64,000 bases of DNA from Myxococcota bacterium (GTDB lineage Bacteria > Myxococcota_A > Bradymonadia > UBA7976 > UBA1532). Positions 57,671 to 64,000 of this stretch are shown piece by piece. The DNA is taken from NCBI GenBank assembly GCA_036337435.1, contig JAYZEG010000006.1:1-64000 (forward strand), in the 5' to 3' direction. The notes beneath the pieces were generated by a model, which saw only the letters and a program-made list of their open reading frames with translations, did no database searches and was not told the origin of the DNA. Position 1 is the first letter of the stretch, and every line of letters begins with the position of its first letter. The translations under genes and the position numbers were made by a program.

Positions 57671-59767
57671 ATGATAAATTTTATTTTTCGGGGCCTAATC
57701 TGTCTCTTGACCGTCATTTTGCTGTCATGCGACGGATCGAATTCCAACACAGGAACCATTGTTCTGATCGATGCGGGCCATCCCGATCAGTCTCTGACCG
57801 TGAGCGATGGTAATCGAGCTTTAGACGGATCAGGTGGCATGTTGGACGACGCCGCTCTCCTTGTCGACGTAGGTGTTCCAGGCCCTACGATTCCAGGGCG
57901 CTGTGTCCCAGGAGACAGTTACGCAGCCGGTCGGTCAGTGTTTGTCGAGCGAACGACGGAATGGAAATTAGATCGGGCTGCCGTTAACGGTAATCGAATC
58001 ACCCTCGGGGATATTGATGGGGATGGATACGCGGATTTGGTGGTTAGGAAAAGTGGGGTTCGTGCAGATGTATTAGACGAAGCACAGGGGATAAGGCGCC
58101 ACCATTGGGTGCTCAGAAATCGCGGAAATGCCTTTCAAGATGTCACTGACCAGACCGGTGTATTTGAACCACGTGGTCAGTATCCACTCCGTCTTGGACG
58201 TCCCAGTGAAGTCATTGTGTTTGGTGACTTCGACAATGATGGCGATATGGATATCTACAGTGGTGTCGATACGCGCGCGGGTGTGGAATTGGAACTCGAC
58301 GGAATTGACCGAATCCAAGTCAATGAACGCAGCGAATTGCTCGTCAATGATGGCAATGGTGCATTCACGGCACTTGAGGCTGATCATACGCTGAGGCGAA
58401 TCGGGCGCGATGACGTTCCATCCGGTGCGTCGTGGCTAGACTTTAACCTCGATGGACATCTCGACCTCTGGATTGCGCAGGGTGGATTAGGCACACCAGC
58501 TCAAGACAGATTGTTTGTTGGCGATGGACAGGGTGGTTTTAATGATGTGACGTCTCAAGCTGGTCTTGAGACCAGACCTTGGATGAGTCTTGCCGATTTA
58601 AATTCAGGCCGGGCTCACACAACGGCATGGTCTGCCCTCGCTTGCGATTTGAACCGCGATGGGTTGCCTGAGTTACTCGCCGGATCTTATGGTCGTGCAC
58701 CAAATCATCTGTGGCAAGCTCAAATCGAATCAGGTCAGGTCAGGTACGAGAATCGAAGCGTCGAGTCAGGGTACGCTTTTGACCAGAATCAGCAGTGGCA
58801 GGATAATCAATTCGCTCGCTGCTTCTGCCAAGATCAGCCTGATATGCCGGATTGTGAGACTGCGCCTGCACCCAACATTGCGTGTAACCAGAGCAACTGG
58901 CGACATCAAACAGACAGGGAAGCCTTCCGGAATGGCGGGAACAGCGGAGCGACCGTATGTGCGGATTTCAACAACGATGGATGGATGGATCTTTACACCA
59001 CAGAAATCCGACATTGGTGGGCGGGGGTCGGTTCAGACGCCAGTGAAATTCTCATAAACCAAGGGATGGCTGACGTCACGTTTTCAAGACCTGGCCGGCA
59101 ACAGACTGGGCTCGGCATGGAGCACCAAACCCCGTCTTGGGATGAGGGTCACATTACCGCGGTTGCCTTTGACTTCGATAATGATGGTCGACAGGATATT
59201 TATTTAGGTGGAACAGACTATCCAGGCAATCGTGGTCACCTGTATCGAAACATCTCAACGGACGGGGATGTGCGTTTCAGCGAAATGAGAATCGATGATT
59301 TCTTTGAACACAATCGAAGTCACGGCATGGCCGTGGCGGACTTCGATCGAGACGGTGATCTCGACATCGTCGTCGGCCACAGTCGCAATCGATGCAATGC
59401 CAATCAGCCCAACAATTGCTATGAAACGGCCTCCCTCAGATACTTCGAAAACCAATTCGGCCAAGTGAACAACTGGATTCAGCTTGAGTTGGTTGGGATG
59501 GCTGGGAGTAATCGAGGTGCAGTGGGTGCAACGGTGACTGTAACCACTGGTTCGCTAAAGCAGACACAGCAAGTCATCGGAGGCTATGGTCATTATGGTG
59601 CACAGAATGACCGAATTCTTCACTTTGGCCTTGCAGGGCATTGTGAGGCACACATCGAAATCAAATGGCCTGACGTCCAGCAAACCAGTCAGAGCCTCCG
59701 ACTTAATTCAGGACATCGCTATCGGATTGTTCAAGGTCAGGCGGCGGAACTCAGCCCAGTTGAATGA
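57671..59767 (+). CDS. CRTAC1-family lipoprotein (FG-GAP/VCBS repeats plus ASPIC/UnbV domain)
   Basis: Lipobox LLSC; seven D.D.DG..D repeats; C-terminal NRGAVGATV...GYG..QNDRILHFGL...IKWP. Confidence 0.9.
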   Translation: MINFIFRGLICLLTVILLSCDGSNSNTGTIVLIDAGHPDQSLTVSDGNRALDGSGGMLDDAALLVDVGVPGPTIPGRCVPGDSYAAGRSVFVERTTEWKLDRAAVNGNRITLGDIDGDGYADLVVRKSGVRADVLDEAQGIRRHHWVLRNRGNAFQDVTDQTGVFEPRGQYPLRLGRPSEVIVFGDFDNDGDMDIYSGVDTRAGVELELDGIDRIQVNERSELLVNDGNGAFTALEADHTLRRIGRDDVPSGASWLDFNLDGHLDLWIAQGGLGTPAQDRLFVGDGQGGFNDVTSQAGLETRPWMSLADLNSGRAHTTAWSALACDLNRDGLPELLAGSYGRAPNHLWQAQIESGQVRYENRSVESGYAFDQNQQWQDNQFARCFCQDQPDMPDCETAPAPNIACNQSNWRHQTDREAFRNGGNSGATVCADFNNDGWMDLYTTEIRHWWAGVGSDASEILINQGMADVTFSRPGRQQTGLGMEHQTPSWDEGHITAVAFDFDNDGRQDIYLGGTDYPGNRGHLYRNISTDGDVRFSEMRIDDFFEHNRSHGMAVADFDRDGDLDIVVGHSRNRCNANQPNNCYETASLRYFENQFGQVNNWIQLELVGMAGSNRGAVGATVTVTTGSLKQTQQVIGGYGHYGAQNDRILHFGLAGHCEAHIEIKWPDVQQTSQSLRLNSGHRYRIVQGQAAELSPVE

Positions 59768-59774
59768 CCGACTC

Positions 59775-60788
59775 TTAATTTGATTGGCCTGCCATCAACT
59801 TTGCCAGAGGCTTGGTCCCTGCTTGGCTATCGAGCAGCACGCACATCGTTGCGGAGATGGGTACGGCCAAGAGCATGCCAGGAACACCCCAGAGCATACC
59901 CCAGAAGACCAGGCTCAGTAGAATTGTAATGGGATGTAGCTCCAGTGAATCCCCCATAATTTTCGGCTCCAAGACGTTGCCTATGATGATGTGGACCGTT
60001 GCCGGAAGCAGGACGGTTAACAAAACGGTCGTCCCGCTTAATGTGGGTTCGAAGAGGACTAAGGGAACGGGCAGCAAGGTTGCGATGATGGATCCAACAC
60101 TGGGAATGAAGTTCAACAGGAAAGCGAGAATACCGAAGAGAAGTGCTGCGTCGACCCCCAGGCTCAAAAGAATGATTGCTGTAAGAATCCCTGTTGCAGC
60201 TGACAGGGCAATTTTGATGGTCAAGTAGCGCTTGATGCGTCCTTCAATCTTCTGACGCACGGGTGACGAGTTTGCGTCAGTCTCGTCTAATGATTGTCCC
60301 TGCAACAGGTAAATGGCAAAGATGAGGATCAAAAAGGTATTGGACAAGAAAGCAATCAGCCCGTTTGCCAAATCACCCGCAGTCTCGCCCCAGTTCATAT
60401 TGCCCAGTTTTGACTTTATAGTTTGCGTATCGACTTCGAAACCTCGGAGCTGCAACCATTGGCTGATATCATCGATCATTTGTCCTAGCTTTGTCTGGTA
60501 TTTACTCGAGTTTGCCGACAACTCGCTGATGGATGAGGCGATGAGAAGAATCAGTCCGTAGAAGACCAGGCTGCAGACCACGAGCGAGCCCACGATGGCA
60601 ATGCCTCCCGGCAACCGCAGACGTGTTTGCAGTAAGCTGACCAGTGGCGAGAGCAAATAGGCTAAGAGGATCGATAGAATAAAGGGGATCATGACGGGTT
60701 TTAGCCAATAGAGAGCCGACGCGGATGCGATTGACGCGAGGATTGCTAAACAGACTGTTTGTGCCGTTTGGCTGGACTTTTCGCTCAT
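59775..60788 (-). CDS. AI-2E family transporter
   Basis: LLNFIPSVGS, GNVLEPKIMG..L.LHP, WG.LWG..G.LLAVP motifs. Start moved to ATG 60788. Confidence 0.93.
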   Translation of the reverse strand: MSEKSSQTAQTVCLAILASIASASALYWLKPVMIPFILSILLAYLLSPLVSLLQTRLRLPGGIAIVGSLVVCSLVFYGLILLIASSISELSANSSKYQTKLGQMIDDISQWLQLRGFEVDTQTIKSKLGNMNWGETAGDLANGLIAFLSNTFLILIFAIYLLQGQSLDETDANSSPVRQKIEGRIKRYLTIKIALSAATGILTAIILLSLGVDAALLFGILAFLLNFIPSVGSIIATLLPVPLVLFEPTLSGTTVLLTVLLPATVHIIIGNVLEPKIMGDSLELHPITILLSLVFWGMLWGVPGMLLAVPISATMCVLLDSQAGTKPLAKLMAGQSN

Positions 60789-60875
60789 GGCAGTTCTACC
60801 CCGAATTGGCGAGTTCATTTGGGAGCATGCCATGGTTTTTCTAATTGATCGAAGTTCTGTACTCAGTCGTTTTGT

Positions 60876-62321
60876 CTATGTCTTTAGACCAAGCCTTGTC
60901 TTCAGCTCATCAAAACGCCTGACCGCTTCGGCCTGGGCCTGTTTGAAGTCATCACTGTTGAGAATACTGTTCGCAAAATTTCCAAGCTTTCCCCGCCACA
61001 CACCCTTTGTCATCACGCCGTGCAAGGCTTGTGCAGCGTCTGCATACGCCAAGCTTCGTTGGATGTCATTCGCCGGCCAAATGGCGGGGTGTTCGAGGTT
61101 CCAAACGGTTAAATTCGCAAGGTGTCCGGCTCTAAGTTGCCCACACTTTACTTTTGGATGAATCTTGCCAGGTGTCTTCCAGACCGTGTCTAGCAGGGCG
61201 TGGGTGTCATTCATAAATGTACGATTTTTTCTCTCATCCACGCGGAATTGGTCCAAGGACCGGGCTGTCGTCTGTGTCGATTGCTCGGCAAAAGACCGCC
61301 TCAAATGTGAATGCGTTACTCGATAAGTTGGTCCTTCTGCCAGCAATCGTAACTCTTGTTGGACGTTCATGGTGTCATTGCAGGCTCCGGAATCGGTACC
61401 CAGCGCAATCCCAATACCGGCTTCCTGCCAGATAGAAACGGGCGCGGGAAAGCAAAACTGAACCTGGGAATACGGGCAATGCCCCAGAACATGTCTCTCT
61501 TTATCGAGCAGTCCAAGATCGTCTCGACTGACGAATTGTCCATGGACGAGCAAGAAAGCAACTGGGCTTGCGAGGACACCCAGTCGTCCGAGTCTAGCCA
61601 CCGGAGAACAACCATAGTCGGTTATATTCCTTTCGTACTCTTCGATGGACTGTCCGACGTGCGCATGGATTGGTATGTTTTCCTTTGCGGCCCAATCTGA
61701 AATCTTCCGCCAAAGGCTATCGCTGACCGTGTCTGTGGCATGGGGGCCCAAGGCTGAATAAATTCCCGATTTTTCATAGGCGCGACCATGGGTAATTGCA
61801 TCTGTTGCAATCCATTGTTGGTCGAGCCATTGGACGCCAGGTCCATTTAGGTCTTGCAATGTCGGTGCGACTACGCCGGTGACGCCTACATCCATCAATG
61901 CATCAGCGACGGATTGGGCATGGTAGTAATGATCCCAAACCATACCGATGCCGGATAACAAACAGTCATAGGCACCCATCCGGCTGAATGCTCTGACCTC
62001 TGCAGCTGTCAGGGTGCTCTCCAAATGAAAATATAGATCTTCTACGATATTGCCCGCCATGGCGGCTAAGCCAATTCCTCGGTAGACATTCATGGATAAG
62101 TGGGTATGAGAATTAATGAACGCTGGCGTTACGAGATGTGTACCGAGGTCGGTTACTTCGGCATCGGGCGTAACGGCGGCCGCGATTTGAGAACGCTCGA
62201 TCTCATCAACTCGGGTAATCAGTCCGTCTGTGATCTCAAGGAGCCTCGGTCCGATGGCATCGCTGGAACAACCCGTCATGACCCGGTCTGAAAAAATGAG
62301 TTGTGTCTGTTCTGGTCGCAT
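60876..62321 (-). CDS. Metal-dependent amidohydrolase (MtaD/GuaD/SsnA-like deaminase superfamily)
   Basis: PAFINSHTH, PHA, HAH, VHG, LGTD and G.LA(D/N)L motifs. Confidence 0.88.
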   Translation of the reverse strand: MRPEQTQLIFSDRVMTGCSSDAIGPRLLEITDGLITRVDEIERSQIAAAVTPDAEVTDLGTHLVTPAFINSHTHLSMNVYRGIGLAAMAGNIVEDLYFHLESTLTAAEVRAFSRMGAYDCLLSGIGMVWDHYYHAQSVADALMDVGVTGVVAPTLQDLNGPGVQWLDQQWIATDAITHGRAYEKSGIYSALGPHATDTVSDSLWRKISDWAAKENIPIHAHVGQSIEEYERNITDYGCSPVARLGRLGVLASPVAFLLVHGQFVSRDDLGLLDKERHVLGHCPYSQVQFCFPAPVSIWQEAGIGIALGTDSGACNDTMNVQQELRLLAEGPTYRVTHSHLRRSFAEQSTQTTARSLDQFRVDERKNRTFMNDTHALLDTVWKTPGKIHPKVKCGQLRAGHLANLTVWNLEHPAIWPANDIQRSLAYADAAQALHGVMTKGVWRGKLGNFANSILNSDDFKQAQAEAVRRFDELKTRLGLKT

Positions 62322-62436
62322 ACCTACTTTCTACACCAAGCAGTGATGTCTGGGAGAGCTTGGTCGTTCATTATGGCCGATCGATAGGACGGTCGTCGAT
62401 GTTTTTTATGCCATCATGCAACACGGAGTTTAGAAC

Positions 62437-62985
62437 TCAGTTCGTTGCGCACACGAATTGGTTCATTAATTCATCGTAGTCGTAAAGCGAGCCCAGTTTG
62501 TCACAGGATAGATCTAACCAGTCATCTAGATTGTGCCCGCGACCAATATTGGGCCACTCTGGAGGTGGCTTGAGCCAACGGTTTAATTCATCTCGCATAT
62601 GACGCCTGTCCGATTGGAACTCTCCGAGAAACAGATGGGCTTTGCAGACCTTGAAGATTGGGTGATAAATTTTTGGAGCCCCTTTGAATGCAGCAAATGT
62701 CTGTTGAAGCCAATCGGTTGCTGAACAGGGAAAGGGAAGCCGCGAATCAAAGTCCCAAATCAGCGGGCTGGGATCGTAAGTGAGTGCTATCACGTGGTAA
62801 TCCCAAATGACGATGCCCTGTTCATCGCCCTGTTGCTGCTGGGCTAATGCGACGTGTTGGTCTTGATTGGTAATGAAAACGGCAGCATCGTTCGAGGGCC
62901 GTTGCACCGCCCTCGTCTTTAAGAATTGCCAAATATTTTCTTCGCAATAGAAGGCCTGATAGGCGTACTCAGTCCTCGTATCCAT
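62437..62985 (-). CDS. Protein N-terminal glutamine amidohydrolase (NTAQ1/WDYHV1 family)
   Basis: YCEENIW, AVFITN, VIWDYHV, WDFDSRLPFPC, F.SDRRHM and W.KPPP.WP motifs occur in the same order as in eukaryotic NTAQ1. Confidence 0.9.
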   Translation of the reverse strand: MDTRTEYAYQAFYCEENIWQFLKTRAVQRPSNDAAVFITNQDQHVALAQQQQGDEQGIVIWDYHVIALTYDPSPLIWDFDSRLPFPCSATDWLQQTFAAFKGAPKIYHPIFKVCKAHLFLGEFQSDRRHMRDELNRWLKPPPEWPNIGRGHNLDDWLDLSCDKLGSLYDYDELMNQFVCATN

Positions 62986-63004
62986 GGTCTACCTTCAATG
63001 TCAT

Positions 63005-63823
63005 TCAGAGGGATGCGACGAATCGCCTAATTAAATTTGCTGTCGGACCGGGTGCCTCAATGTGCGGTGCATGACCCGCTGTGTCGATGACACCACGGGT
63101 CGCATTGGGCAATTGTTTACGTAATTTCTCTGCCAGGCCGTCGTACTTCGTGTCTAGGCGACCCGTAATGAGTAAGACCGGCAGCGTCAATTGATGCAGT
63201 TCGTTCCATCGTGACGGTAGTCGACCAGGGCTAAGTGTCTTCAATGCATATGCAAGGCCGACCGCCGTGTGTTTTTTACGAATTGAACTCATTCGTTTTT
63301 GCAACTCGACACTCGCATTTGACTGGGTCGAAATAAGCGGAGTCTGGTTCCACAGCTTAAGGAATTCGTCCACGCCCAATTCTGTCAATTGGTGAGCCAA
63401 GGCGATATCTTTTTGGTACCGTGCCTCTCGTTCAGCAGGCGCACTGATGCCTGCAGTCCCGCTGATTAAAACCAGTGCTTTGGGCCTATGTTTTTTCCGT
63501 ACAAGCGTGTCGATAGCGACTCGAGCACCCATTGAGTAGCCAATCAAAACCGTGGAGGAGTCAGCTGCTTCGACGATAAAATTGGCGTAGGCGTCAATCT
63601 CGAAGGCTGTTGGGCCAGCTTTTGCGAGGGGACCATGCCCCAATAAATGGGATGCGGTAAAATGATGTCCTAGGCATTTGGCGAGTTCGCTGTAGTCACC
63701 AGGCCCACCCGTAAAGCCATGGAGGCCAAAGAAATGGGGCTGACATCCTCGCCAAATCAGCTTGGGGCTAGGCAGGCCTGGCCTTTTTGAATCGGTGGTC
63801 TCGCGACAGTCTTGAGTGGTCAT
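63005..63823 (-). CDS. menH: MenH-like (SHCHC synthase) alpha/beta hydrolase
   Basis: LHGFTG, GYSMGARVA, AGI....R..R...D..LA, FL..W...PL, G..D.KY, AGHAPH.E. Start at ATG 63823 or GTG 63859. Confidence 0.8.
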   Translation of the reverse strand: MTTQDCRETTDSKRPGLPSPKLIWRGCQPHFFGLHGFTGGPGDYSELAKCLGHHFTASHLLGHGPLAKAGPTAFEIDAYANFIVEAADSSTVLIGYSMGARVAIDTLVRKKHRPKALVLISGTAGISAPAEREARYQKDIALAHQLTELGVDEFLKLWNQTPLISTQSNASVELQKRMSSIRKKHTAVGLAYALKTLSPGRLPSRWNELHQLTLPVLLITGRLDTKYDGLAEKLRKQLPNATRGVIDTAGHAPHIEAPGPTANLIRRFVASL

Positions 63824-63830
63824 GAGACCA

Positions 63831-63998
63831 TCATACACGCTGGCGTCTACGCCTGACACCCGGTCCTACTGAGCTGCCCACAGTTGGTTCCTCCATGGGC
63901 TCGCCGACCGGTTGACGCTGTATCTTGCTCCAACCTGACAACGTCCAAAACCGATTGCCAGATGCATCGGTATGCTCTTCGATCGGGTATGACAGGCC
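63831..63998 (-). CDS. Possible 3' end of an upstream gene (partial)
   Basis: Open minus frame GLSYPIEEHTDASGNRFWTLSGW...RRRRQRV* ends 8 nt before the probable menH ATG; the other frames are also open here, so the frame is uncertain. Confidence 0.3.
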   Translation of the reverse strand, partial: GLSYPIEEHTDASGNRFWTLSGWSKIQRQPVGEPMEEPTVGSSVGPGVRRRRQRV

Positions 63999-64000
63999 TC

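Noticed and set aside
1..64000. tRNA, rRNA, riboswitches, IS elements, integrases and sigma54 -24/-12 promoters
   Set aside because: None recognised by eye in the short intergenic regions. A covariance-model and motif scan would be needed to exclude them formally.

Overview
A gene-dense chromosomal window (about 50 CDS, roughly 53% GC by eye) with no rRNA, tRNA, CRISPR array, transposase, integrase or prophage recognised. The gene content points to a Myxococcota or related predatory deltaproteobacterial genome (inference). Supporting markers are a bacN-bacO-bacP bactofilin operon, an ftsB-dmxA-like (TM-GAF-GAF-GGDEF) pair, an FHA-sigma54 activator, two Hanks-type kinases, two Zn-ribbon/double-FHA proteins and about 11 predicted lipoproteins, several of them large and Cys/Asp-rich. 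Housekeeping genes include an Mla/Mce ABC operon, a thiolase, typA, pyrE, sppA, mutS2, exbBD, PIN-PhoH, hslO, hrpB and a menH-like hydrolase. The most notable observations are five. (1) An intact homologue of the eukaryotic N-degron enzyme NTAQ1/WDYHV1 (protein N-terminal glutamine amidohydrolase) at 62437-62985. (2) A Cys-rich lipoprotein gene whose silk-like (GGAGGAGA[E/A])15 tail lies in frame behind a single TAA and is missed by the ORF track (54043-54936); it has a T11 tract upstream and a terminator written into the 3' end of hrpB. (3) A catalytically dead JAB/MPN protein in front of the bactofilin operon, which has no adjacent padC. (4) A nonaheme cytochrome with an apparent inserted class-I cytochrome c module, coupled to a kinase-NTPase-TPR gene. 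(5) A DUF3727-like protein of a type best known from cyanobacteria and plastids. All calls come from motif recognition by eye; no database searches were run.
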